Shown here: one piece after another, positions 10,455 through 19,001 of the stretch | How the letters are laid out: the number at the start of each line of letters is the position of its first letter | Position numbering within the stretch: position 1 is the stretch's first letter | From: Candidatus Woesebacteria bacterium RIFCSPHIGHO2_02_FULL_42_20 | GTDB lineage: Bacteria; Patescibacteriota; Microgenomatia; UBA8517 | Assembly (NCBI GenBank): GCA_001792535.1 | Contig: MGGS01000007.1 | Coordinates: 44-64,043, forward strand | Length of the DNA stretch: 64,000 nucleotides | Reading direction: 5' to 3' | Translations under genes and position numbers: made by a program | Notes under the pieces: model-generated | The model's input: the letters and a program-made list of their open reading frames with translations, nothing else | Databases searched by the model: none | Told to the model about the DNA's origin: nothing

Positions 10455-10477
10455 AAAAATAGCCAGCTCCGCTAGCC
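10455..10477 (-). terminator. Putative intrinsic terminator after RRM gene
   Basis: Minus strand GGCTAGC-GGA-GCTGGCT stem followed by ATTTTT. Confidence 0.4.
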
Positions 10478-10541
10478 AGGACAACACACACCCGACACTG
10501 TACAATGCCAAACTACCACAGTGCAATTTTACCAAAAGAGT

Positions 10542-10895
10542 TTAATATCTGCTCCGGCCTCGTCCGCCTCCACCGCGATTGCCGCCGTCGCGCCTGAAAC
10601 CGCCTCTATTGTCGCCTCCTCGAAAACCTCCTCGGTCTTCCCTGTCGGCCATGGGCCGGGCTTCGTTAACGTTAATCGTTCTTCCGTCCATTGAGTAGTT
10701 GTTGAACTTTTCAATTGCAGCCTTGGCTTCCTCTTCAGAACCCATTTCCACAAATCCAAAGCCTTTTGATTTTCCGGTAAACTTGTCGGTTATAACTGTC
10801 ACGGATACGACGTTTCCGGCCTGCGCGAAAAGGTCGCGTAGGGCATCTTCTGTCGTCCCCCAGGACAATCCCCCAACAAATAGTCTAGTTGCCAT
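10542..10895 (-). CDS. RRM-domain RNA-binding protein with Gly/Arg-rich tail
   Basis: RNP2 LFVGGL, RNP1 KGFGFV; strong SD AAGGAGGTGA. Confidence 0.95.
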   Translation of the reverse strand: MATRLFVGGLSWGTTEDALRDLFAQAGNVVSVTVITDKFTGKSKGFGFVEMGSEEEAKAAIEKFNNYSMDGRTINVNEARPMADREDRGGFRGGDNRGGFRRDGGNRGGGGRGRSRY

Positions 10896-11035
10896 ACATT
10901 ATCACCTCCTTTATTTAAACTGCCTTTATACAAACCGCTCTCCACTGGCTATTTTGGGAAATAATCCTTGAGAAACCTAAATAAGCTGTAAAAGGAGCTA
11001 ACAAGAAGCAGTATAGCTTATTTTCACCAAAAAAG

Positions 11036-11257
11036 CTACATTGAAGCGGGCTCAAGCATGCCGACGCGGTTGCGCTCGAGGTCCGTAAGCATTACAAACT
11101 TGCCAATACCGGGAATATCCATCGGTTTGCCTAAAATCTTGCCGCCGGCTTTTTTAACCACAGCTATATGCTTTTCCAAATTATCTACCGAAATTATTAA
11201 ATGGGTACTCTTGGAACTTTTGCTTGCGGGATAAAAGCCGCCGTTAATTACGCCGTC
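11036..11257 (-). pseudogene. VOC/glyoxalase family protein, C-terminal half only
   Basis: GVINGGFY...ISVDNLE...AGGKILGKPMDIPGIGKF...NRVGMLEP; N-terminal half missing. Confidence 0.7.
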
Positions 11258-11485
11258 TTCTTTTACGATCCCCAAAAGAAAGTAATCGCGTTTAGGTTTG
11301 TAAAACAACACGAAAAAGGTGTCTTTAAACTTACTAAGGAAAGGTCTGCGGCTACTGTTTCAGTATTGTCATTCATTAAAGCGAATAAACTAAATCGGAA
11401 AAATTTTCTCGGGTGGTACGACAGGGAAAAAGTTTCAATTCCGGAAATAGGCGAGGTTTATGTTCTCCAACTTGACAAAAAATGA
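11246..11485 (+). pseudogene. 5'-truncated hypothetical gene
   Basis: Protein-like YAVFFYDPQKKVIAFRFVK...EVYVLQLDKK; its 5' part is replaced by the antisense VOC remnant. Confidence 0.45.
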
Positions 11486-11646
11486 AGCAACTATTAGAAA
11501 GTATTTCGAAAATATCCGCAAGATTTAGTATCAAAAAAATCTTTAACAATTACACTTCCAACTCAAATAATAAGGTTGAGCTTCATTTTCACAGCCCCGT
11601 TAAATTCATCGATAAAAGACCTAAACAAATAAAGGACAAAAACTAG
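11482..11646 (+). CDS. Possible 54-aa hypothetical protein
   Basis: ATGA overlap with upstream stop; MKQLLESISKISARF...KDKN. Confidence 0.3.
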   Translation: MKQLLESISKISARFSIKKIFNNYTSNSNNKVELHFHSPVKFIDKRPKQIKDKN

Positions 11647-11810
11647 CTCGCAAAGAAGCCATTTCCTTTATCACTCATCTCTTGAAGTTTTGGGGGAATC
11701 GGGCGGCACGAGCAGGCCTTCGCATGGGCCAAATGCCACGCAATTCTATGTTCAAGCGTAGCGTTTTTCGGCATTTTGTTTTTTAAATGCCACTCTTTAT
11801 TAATTTTCAT
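11643..11810 (-). CDS. 55-aa His/Cys-motif small protein (below ORF-track cutoff)
   Basis: Manual translation MKINKEWHLKNKMPKNATLEHRIAWHLAHAKACSCRPIPPKLQEM... Confidence 0.7.
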   Translation of the reverse strand: MKINKEWHLKNKMPKNATLEHRIAWHLAHAKACSCRPIPPKLQEMSDKGNGFFAS

Positions 11811-11868
11811 AAAAATATGATCTCATTTTTAGCCACAAAACCATTTTAACAGATGTTAAAATGGTTTA

Positions 11869-12603
11869 ATGCTTAAAAAGTTTTTTCCACTGGCGTTTGT
11901 TCTTGCCTTTAACCTCTGGATATGGAAAATTTTTGCTTTTAACGCTGCTGTCGGCTTGGTAGTCATCGGGGCATCGGTTTCTCTCTGGCTTGAGTTTCAG
12001 GAAAACACTAAATTCCACTTTTACGCCACGGCCGGATTATTTTTTATTCTTCTACTTTTTCAGTGGAAAACAAGCTCTGTTACCTCCCTCACTTATTTAA
12101 CAGAACATGAAAAACTCGGGCAGCAAGTGAGAATGCGAGGCTACCCTCCGCTTGCTTTTAATATTGCCGGTAAAACCGTTTGGTTGCCGGCAGCTAATTG
12201 GCTAGAGAAGCGAAAGGAAACACTCATCTTCTATAAAATTCAGACCAATATTTCAGAAATCATTGACCCAAACCTTTTTTTCTTCGCAAATCACCCCAGA
12301 GAAAGGGTTGGTGTAGTCGAATTTGAAAAGTTTCCCTACATATTCCTGCCAGCGTTCTTGTTAGGTCTGGCTTCGATACAAAAAAAACAGGTCAAAGACC
12401 TGTTTTTGGGCTTTTTACCAATAGCACTGATTGCCTTAATCGGCAACAGTAATCCAGCCGGGCCTTTTGCCTTTTTTCCAGTTTTTGCCGTCCTGGTAAG
12501 CATCGGCCTTGCGCCGTTATTTCTAAAGAAAAAACTGCTCATTGCTTGTGCAATTGTTTTTGTACCAGTCTTTATCCAAGTTGTTTCTTATGCAAAGTAT
12601 TAA
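11869..12603 (+). CDS. Membrane protein resembling part of GT-C glycosyltransferases
   Basis: Multiple TMs, IDPNLFFFANHPRER motif; coupled to the GT39-like gene. Confidence 0.7.
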   Translation: MLKKFFPLAFVLAFNLWIWKIFAFNAAVGLVVIGASVSLWLEFQENTKFHFYATAGLFFILLLFQWKTSSVTSLTYLTEHEKLGQQVRMRGYPPLAFNIAGKTVWLPAANWLEKRKETLIFYKIQTNISEIIDPNLFFFANHPRERVGVVEFEKFPYIFLPAFLLGLASIQKKQVKDLFLGFLPIALIALIGNSNPAGPFAFFPVFAVLVSIGLAPLFLKKKLLIACAIVFVPVFIQVVSYAKY

Positions 12604-14245
12604 ATTTACTAAAATCGAACCGGTATTACTCTTGGTAATTGTTACACTCGGAGCGTTTCTTTATTTACACAAACTTGGGGAAACTCCTCCTGGGCTTTAT
12701 CTTGACGAAGCCGGGACCGGCTACAATGCTTACTCACTTTTAAAAACAGGTAAAGACGAATACGGAATGGCCTTCCCCGCCGCCATGCGGCTTTTTGGCT
12801 CATACACACCCCCTCTTCATATTTATTTAAGCATCCCTCTAATCACCCTTTTTGGCCTAAAGGTTTTTTCAGTAAGGCTCCTTTCGGCCATCTGTGGAGT
12901 CTTGGCAATTCCAGTTATTTTCCTGATTATTAAAGAGCTTCAAATAACAAAATCGAAATTTACTCCTCTTTTGTCCAGCTTGTTTTTTACAATCACTCCC
13001 TGGGCGGTTTTTTACAGTCGTATGGGCTACGAGCAAAACCTCGCTTTTCTGTTCCTTGCCTTCTCCGCACTTCTCATTGTCAAGTCCCTAAAAAAGCCAA
13101 AATTGCTTGCCCTGGCTATCCCGGTACTATCACTTGCCACTTATGCCGACTATGCCCAGAGATTTTTAGCCCCGATTTTTTTGGCCGGTAGCTTGGTTTT
13201 ATTTTGGAAAAAACTTCTCAACAAAAAATATATCAAATACGCGATAATAGGCGGCGTTGTCGCTTTTTTTATTCAACTTCCAAATTTGACACTACTTAAC
13301 ACAGCCTCGTTTTACACCAAGACCGACCATTTTTATTCCGAAGTAATAAAGGCACAAGCTGAAAAAATTAACCATTTTCTACCCCCTGCCATCGCCGTGC
13401 CGCTGGCATTTGTTCGCGAGTTTACCTCAAAAACGGCAACTTACTACTCTCCCAGATCGCTTTTTTTTCTGCCGGACCCTGACCCCCAACGCTCGACTCC
13501 AGAGCTTTCTGTCTTTTACCCTTGGATGGTAATCCCTTACTTAATCGGGCTATATTTTCTCTGGAAAACCAAAAAGGCTCCGTCGAGTAAACTCATCTTT
13601 TTTCTTCTACTCCTTACCCCGCTCCCCGGAACCTTAACCCATGAACCATTTCATGTTCAAAGAACTTTGGGGCTACTTTTACCAACAACTTTGGTTATCG
13701 CCATCGGCATTGACAAATTAATTAATGCCAAGCGAATCAAATTTTGGCTTCCCGTTGCCCTCTTTTTCCTTGGAACGTCTTTAATTTTACTTTGGCGCTC
13801 TTACTTTGTTCTCCTTCCTCAGGAAAGAGCGGTTATTTGGGGTTACGGGTACCCGCACCTCGCCCAAATAATCAAAGACAATCCCGACAAAGTTTACGTA
13901 ATTGACCAATCAAAAAGACCCAAGCCGCAGGATATCGCCTACATACAGTTAGCATTTTATCTGAATTTGCCTCCGGAAAAACTCCAAGCCTACTACGGCA
14001 ATGAAGTCACGGGCGGTTACTATACTAAAACGGAAGTTACTTTTACACACAAATTTGCCAATATTGAAACAAAACCGATTGACTGGGGCGAAGCCGTCTG
14101 GCGAGATGTTATTTTAGTCGGTGACTTGGTTGCAATCTCCGATCCGGAGGTGAAACTCCACAACCTTACGCAAGTTTTCGAGATCAAAGATCCAAACAAC
14201 CAAATTATCTACCGAGGCTTCCAAACCAATCCAAAACCAAAATAA
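12590..14245 (+). CDS. Glycosyltransferase family 39/ArnT-like (GT-C) membrane protein
   Basis: PPGLYLDEAGTGYNAYSLLKTGKDEYG motif, many TMs; start set at ATG 12590. Confidence 0.85.
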   Translation: MQSIKFTKIEPVLLLVIVTLGAFLYLHKLGETPPGLYLDEAGTGYNAYSLLKTGKDEYGMAFPAAMRLFGSYTPPLHIYLSIPLITLFGLKVFSVRLLSAICGVLAIPVIFLIIKELQITKSKFTPLLSSLFFTITPWAVFYSRMGYEQNLAFLFLAFSALLIVKSLKKPKLLALAIPVLSLATYADYAQRFLAPIFLAGSLVLFWKKLLNKKYIKYAIIGGVVAFFIQLPNLTLLNTASFYTKTDHFYSEVIKAQAEKINHFLPPAIAVPLAFVREFTSKTATYYSPRSLFFLPDPDPQRSTPELSVFYPWMVIPYLIGLYFLWKTKKAPSSKLIFFLLLLTPLPGTLTHEPFHVQRTLGLLLPTTLVIAIGIDKLINAKRIKFWLPVALFFLGTSLILLWRSYFVLLPQERAVIWGYGYPHLAQIIKDNPDKVYVIDQSKRPKPQDIAYIQLAFYLNLPPEKLQAYYGNEVTGGYYTKTEVTFTHKFANIETKPIDWGEAVWRDVILVGDLVAISDPEVKLHNLTQVFEIKDPNNQIIYRGFQTNPKPK

Positions 14246-14294
14246 AGCCAAGAAAACAGCCCTTTGATTGACGATAAAAGCGCATAAATCTAAA

Positions 14295-14385
14295 AACCGC
14301 CCGTTCTTTTTCATCCGCAATCTGACAAGCTTTTTTATTAACGCGACGGGAAACGAACAGTAGCTTTGGCAGTTTCATACCCTAA
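14295..14385 (-). pseudogene. DUF1801/YdhG-like C-terminal remnant
   Basis: GYETAKATVRFP then, after a frameshift, LIKKLVRLRMKK. Confidence 0.45.
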
Positions 14386-14491
14386 CGTATTTGTCCAAAA
14401 ATTTTCCTAACACCTCATTTACTTCATTCACAACTTCCGGGTAATATCGGTAGTCGTGATTTCCTTTGTTGAATAAAACATCATAAATACT

Positions 14492-14929
14492 CTAAATTTT
14501 TTTAATCAAACCTACTCTCGCGTGACCCGATAGATAAAATTTTTCAAACCTAGTAAAAATCTTATAACCCTGCTTAAGATAAAGGCTTGCCGCTTCATAT
14601 CCTGCCGTCCATGTCCAAAAATATTCCACGCCCGATAGTTGCATTTTATTTTCCAATAACTTTAATAGTTTTTCCCCATAACCTTTTTTTCTGTATTCCT
14701 TTTCAACTAAAAGGTCACTTAAATAAAAATATCTCCCATATTGACTGTTGTTTTTTTGTACTAATCCGCTTGATGCGCCTACAAATTTTCCATCGTCTGT
14801 TGCCACAAACCCAAAACGCTCTTGTAGATCTGGGGGGTTACCAAACTCTAAACTATGTTCATCAAAAGCAGCCTACTCCCGTTTATACTCCGTGTCAGTT
14901 ATGCTACGAAATTTAATTGTTATGGCCAT
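14492..14929 (-). pseudogene. GNAT acetyltransferase interrupted by in-frame TAG
   Basis: MAITIKFRSITDTEYKRE*AAFDEH...LLVEKEYRKKGYGEKLL; stop at 14873-14875 in frame with ORF 14492..14806. Confidence 0.75.
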
Positions 14930-15005
14930 GGCACTTGAAGTATACCAAATGACTTCTAAATTCTTCTCAAGCAAATTACGCGCTAAAAGTTGTATAGTTG
15001 GGTTA

Positions 15006-15770
15006 ATGCTGCAAAAGGCCCTGCCTGCCGGCAGGCGGGGATTTGGCTCAATACTTCTAATAGTTATTATTTTGGGTGCTTTTGCGCTTGGGTTTTTCCT
15101 TTTAAAATCAGTTGCCAAATATTCGTCTAGGAACTATGGAAGTCAGCAGGTTTTAAATCCCGATGAACCACCGCTAAAACTAAAGACTATCGGAGTCAAT
15201 TTTGAGGATTTTAAATTTACAAAACAGAAACTGCAATTCGACAGGCTCTTTATGGAGTATGGCTTCGTTATTCCCGCTGGTAATTCAAGTACAGGTCAAG
15301 ACAAACCTAACCCGCAGCCAACTTTTGTTGTACCTCTGGGTACTTCGATTCGTTCAATTGTGGATGGGATAGTGGTTGCCATACCAACTCTTTGGAGTGG
15401 AGACTTCTCTGTTCAGGTAACCCAAGATGGTAAGATGCAAAAATGGATTTATGAAATGGAACACGTAATAAATCCCAAGGTGAAAGTAGGCGAAAAGGTA
15501 ACAGCCGGTCAGGTAGTTGGAGAAGTCAGCGATTTCAACCATGGGGCGCCTGTAGGATTCGGAGCCACGGAGATCGGAATTTTAAAAGGAGGTCAAGCAC
15601 CAGAACATGTTTGTCCGTTTGCTTACCTCGACGACTCTATAAGAGAGGAAACTTTCACAAATTTGGGGAATCTCTTAAAAGCCTGGGAGGAATACATTGG
15701 AGACCAAAAACTTTATGATGAATCCTTAACTATTCCGGGGTGTTTAACACTAAATCCCATAGAAGGTTAA
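15006..15770 (+). CDS. Membrane-anchored M23 peptidase-like protein
   Basis: N-terminal TM; YEMEHV...VKVGEKVTAGQVVG; canonical HxH not evident; start set at ATG 15006. Confidence 0.7.
   Translation: MLQKALPAGRRGFGSILLIVIILGAFALGFFLLKSVAKYSSRNYGSQQVLNPDEPPLKLKTIGVNFEDFKFTKQKLQFDRLFMEYGFVIPAGNSSTGQDKPNPQPTFVVPLGTSIRSIVDGIVVAIPTLWSGDFSVQVTQDGKMQKWIYEMEHVINPKVKVGEKVTAGQVVGEVSDFNHGAPVGFGATEIGILKGGQAPEHVCPFAYLDDSIREETFTNLGNLLKAWEEYIGDQKLYDESLTIPGCLTLNPIEG
15018..15038. repeat. 21-bp GC-rich palindromic in-frame insert
   Basis: GCCCTGCCTGCCGGCAGGCGG with perfect palindrome GCCTGCCGGCAGGC at 15023-15036; encodes ALPAGRR. Confidence 0.7.
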
Positions 15771-15855
15771 AAAGTGTATCAGAACTTACTTTTGACCAAA
15801 GCTTGCCGGGCCTAATGTTTTCGTGAAAGGTGGTGGGGGTAAGCGATACCCGCCA

Positions 15856-16431
15856 TTAGACCCTTAGCGAGCCACGGAACCCCCTGACGCCATAGTAAGA
15901 TTCTGCGCCGTTGTGATACACGAAGACATGGTCGTAGCGACGATCGGCAAAGAGTGCGCCGCCAAGTTTTCTAATGTCAGTTGGTGTTTTCACCCAGCTC
16001 GACGTCTTCGTATCAAAATTTCCAAGTTTCTGCAACTTTCGATATTGTTCTTCCGTTAAAAGTTCAATGCCCATGGCAGCTGCCATATCAATAGCACTAT
16101 TTTGCGGTTTATGTTCTTTCCTTGACTCCAGCGCTTCATGGTCGTAACAAACATTTCTGCGGCCGCGAGGCGTTTCCGCGCAGCAATCATAAAAAAGGTA
16201 TTCGCCCGTTTTTTTATCGAGACCCGCAACATCCGGTTCACCGCCGGTTTCTTCCATTTCCCTAAGTGACCACAGTTCTTCAGCATTAGCTTCCAGCTTT
16301 ACTTGTACTTTCGCCCACTCAAGACCTTTATGGCGGTCCATGTTTTTCTCAAAACGGGCTTTCAACGCTCTAAGTAGTTCTTCACGTTGTTCTGGTGACA
16401 ACTCCTTTTCATTACTCTTAATGTTGTTCAT
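15856..16431 (-). CDS. DUF4256 domain protein
   Basis: LKARFEKNMDRH, MEETGGEPDV, FDTKTSSW, YHNGAESYYGVRGFRG. Confidence 0.85.
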   Translation of the reverse strand: MNNIKSNEKELSPEQREELLRALKARFEKNMDRHKGLEWAKVQVKLEANAEELWSLREMEETGGEPDVAGLDKKTGEYLFYDCCAETPRGRRNVCYDHEALESRKEHKPQNSAIDMAAAMGIELLTEEQYRKLQKLGNFDTKTSSWVKTPTDIRKLGGALFADRRYDHVFVYHNGAESYYGVRGFRGSLRV

Positions 16432-16550
16432 ACCTTTATAGTCAACAAACCCGAGTTTGCAACTTTTAACGAGGGTTTTTGAATATATAACCATCGCGGC
16501 TTGCTTTGCAAACCGAAGTTAGATGGGTATATATTACCTCTATTGATACT

Positions 16551-17172
16551 CTAAAATAAAGTGTGTCTAGTACCCATTTCCCTAGACGAGCCGTCTTTCA
16601 TTTCCTGGGATCCTTTCCTGAACTGCTCCGGCGACATTTTCATAGCTATATGGATTCTTCCAGTATTGTAATACAAGACAGCCCCGGATATGCCTTCAAT
16701 TAACTCTCCCAACTCCCCGAATCTGTCTGTACTTCCCAGATCTACTTTGAATTGAGAGTAAAAAGACTCCTGGTAAGCGTTTTTCCAGGGAGAGGACTTT
16801 GTACTCATTGAGATTTTGGTTCCCAAGCCTTGGACTGAGTTAGTATACTTTTGGGAATCATACTCTGTTCCCTGATCGAAGTGTAGATAGTCAGGAGGAG
16901 TATTTTTCTTCAGGGCATCCTCCAGGGCCCCCAGGACTAACTCAGAATTGTGGAATCTGGAAACATTAAAGCCAACTATTTCCCGGGTGAATAGATCCAT
17001 AATGGTTGCCAAGTAAATAAACCTCTCTCCAAAATTAAAGTAAGTAAAGTCAGAGACCTAGATTTGATTTCTTCCGGTTGGACCAAGCCCTTTGATCAAA
17101 TTCCGGTATTTGGTTGCTGGTTTACCTTCATCACCTTTCTTCCTGGGCTTTTTGATTCTTCTCTTGTAAGGC
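16551..17172 (-). mobile_element. IS3-like transposase remnant (integrase core)
   Basis: NQI*VSDFTY (W to TAG at 17058-17060), YLATIMDLFTREIVG, HFDQGTEY, NAYQESF; N-terminus missing. Confidence 0.8.
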
Positions 17173-17691
17173 TTAATCCCGAACTTCTTCTTTTGAAGGT
17201 TCCATCTGCCTTTTTAATTTCCAATAAGTACTCCAGCGGCTCATGAGAGAAAACATTTTAAGTTCTGTTTCGATTCTGGTAACCTTAATCTTCACTCCCT
17301 TTACATTAATAATTGTCATCTCGTCACCTGACGCGTCAAAAATTTCACTCCATACTGACCCATCCTTTACTACCCCTGACTCTCTCCTCTTTTTAACCTG
17401 CCAGTTGCCATAAACTTCAACCAATACTCCCCCAATCTCAAACTTGCCAAAATAAGATTTAAATTTTTCTGACTCTTTGTAAGAAACTTTTTCAACCAAA
17501 AAATCTCCTAGCAATTTATTACACGCCAGTGCAACCGTTTTGTTCCCCAACACATCTACATCGTCCACGTTCATGTCAAACCCTTGAAGAAAGATACTTG
17601 CGGTACCCCGAACAGCATACTGCCTATTTATTAGTTTCGAGGCAATCACTTTAACTACCCCTTCTAATTTATTTCTGGGGATTGAGGCCAT
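17173..17691 (-). CDS. Nucleotidyltransferase-fold hypothetical protein
   Basis: YAVRGTAS...DDVDVL (G[S/T]...DxD) motif. Confidence 0.6.
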   Translation of the reverse strand: MASIPRNKLEGVVKVIASKLINRQYAVRGTASIFLQGFDMNVDDVDVLGNKTVALACNKLLGDFLVEKVSYKESEKFKSYFGKFEIGGVLVEVYGNWQVKKRRESGVVKDGSVWSEIFDASGDEMTIINVKGVKIKVTRIETELKMFSLMSRWSTYWKLKRQMEPSKEEVRD

Positions 17692-18979
17692 ATTGGCTTA
17701 GAACCTTAGCTATCTCTTTAGGAAGATTTCCGATCGACCCTCTTTTTAAGGCTTCTTTAAAAAGAGTATTCAGTTGTGTATTTATCCCTGTCGGCCCATC
17801 GTTGGTTGCGTCCGCCAAATACCAAGTTTGGGAATATCGCGCTTGCTGTATTGCCACTCCAAAGTATGGGTTATTTATATAGTCGTCTCCCATGTCGACC
17901 CGCGAAGGCGGGGATACAAAATGACCCTCGCTCAAAGCTTTACTGTAGAGCTTATCAAGCGTCTCTTTTGACGAAATAAACTTCAGAAAGTCCCATGCTG
18001 CGCGTTTCGATTGACTTTGTTTCCAAACCCCTTCCACCCAATAGACAGAATACGTTGCCGTCGGCCGCTCAACCAAAACATCGGTCGGAAGTTGAGGGAC
18101 AGGAACAACTTTAAACTTGAGGTCTGGATTAAGATTTTTTATCTGCATCGCCCGCCAAGTAGGGCCAAAATACATAGCAAGCCTTCCTTGAGCAAAGTAT
18201 TCTGTCGAGCGCGGAAGGGTCGTATCCCAAACTCTTTCCTTACTTTGAAAAGTATTAAAATAGGTAAACACATCTCCTGCGTTAGTCCCGACAGGATTCG
18301 ACAGGCGAACTCCGTTTTGAAGCATTAAAGTTGCCACAAATTCCTGCCAGTGGTCAACGTTTTCGGTTTCCCCAAGTGCCACTGCCGACTGCTGGATTCT
18401 ATTTCTGTTATCGCGAACCACAAAACGAGGGACGATGCTTCGGAAGTCGTCCCAAATTTCGGGAACTGCAACACCATTTAGTGTAAATAGATCTTCGTTG
18501 ACAAAAAGAGCCAAATTGTCAAACTCAAGAGGGATTCCAAACATACCGCTTCCACTCGACAGGTCATTGCTTGCCACCTGATAAAAAGTTTTGGTAAAAT
18601 CCTCTGCAGTCATAACACCCCCGGGCATCGGGTCAAGATCTTTTTTGAACATTGGCACCCAGGTATTATGAAATCTAAAAATGTCGGGTCCGTTACCTTT
18701 AGCAAAAGCGTTGGTTAGCCGTTCTCTATAGTCGTCTTCGGGTTTAATTATGTAAGTAATCTTAATATCCGGGTGGTCTTTTGAATACTGCTCAATTAAA
18801 AAGACCGCCAGGCTTTCATCCATTGTACTTCCCCACCAAACCAACTCCTTACCTTCTTGGCCACCCTGATCTCTCCTTCCGGAGAGCGACCTAACAACCA
18901 ACAAAATCAGTAAAACTAGTATCAAGACAACCGGAATCAACAACAACTTTTTAGACAGCTTCGGCATAAGTTCCTTCAT
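17669..18979 (-). CDS. Extracellular solute-binding protein, family 1 (sugar-type)
   Basis: TM anchor; GPDIF, GIPLEFDNLALFVN, FAQGRLAMYFG, AAWDFLKF; no permease adjacent. Confidence 0.85.
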   Translation of the reverse strand: MKELMPKLSKKLLLIPVVLILVLLILLVVRSLSGRRDQGGQEGKELVWWGSTMDESLAVFLIEQYSKDHPDIKITYIIKPEDDYRERLTNAFAKGNGPDIFRFHNTWVPMFKKDLDPMPGGVMTAEDFTKTFYQVASNDLSSGSGMFGIPLEFDNLALFVNEDLFTLNGVAVPEIWDDFRSIVPRFVVRDNRNRIQQSAVALGETENVDHWQEFVATLMLQNGVRLSNPVGTNAGDVFTYFNTFQSKERVWDTTLPRSTEYFAQGRLAMYFGPTWRAMQIKNLNPDLKFKVVPVPQLPTDVLVERPTATYSVYWVEGVWKQSQSKRAAWDFLKFISSKETLDKLYSKALSEGHFVSPPSRVDMGDDYINNPYFGVAIQQARYSQTWYLADATNDGPTGINTQLNTLFKEALKRGSIGNLPKEIAKVLSQYGLNPQK

Positions 18980-19001
18980 GATATCATACAGCAAAGGCGT
19001 T

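Noticed and set aside
14748-15005. Long N-terminal extensions of ORFs 14748..15770, 2091..3518, 43701..44474 and 43185..44036
   Set aside because: They overlap divergent genes; downstream starts with -10 boxes or signal peptides fit better
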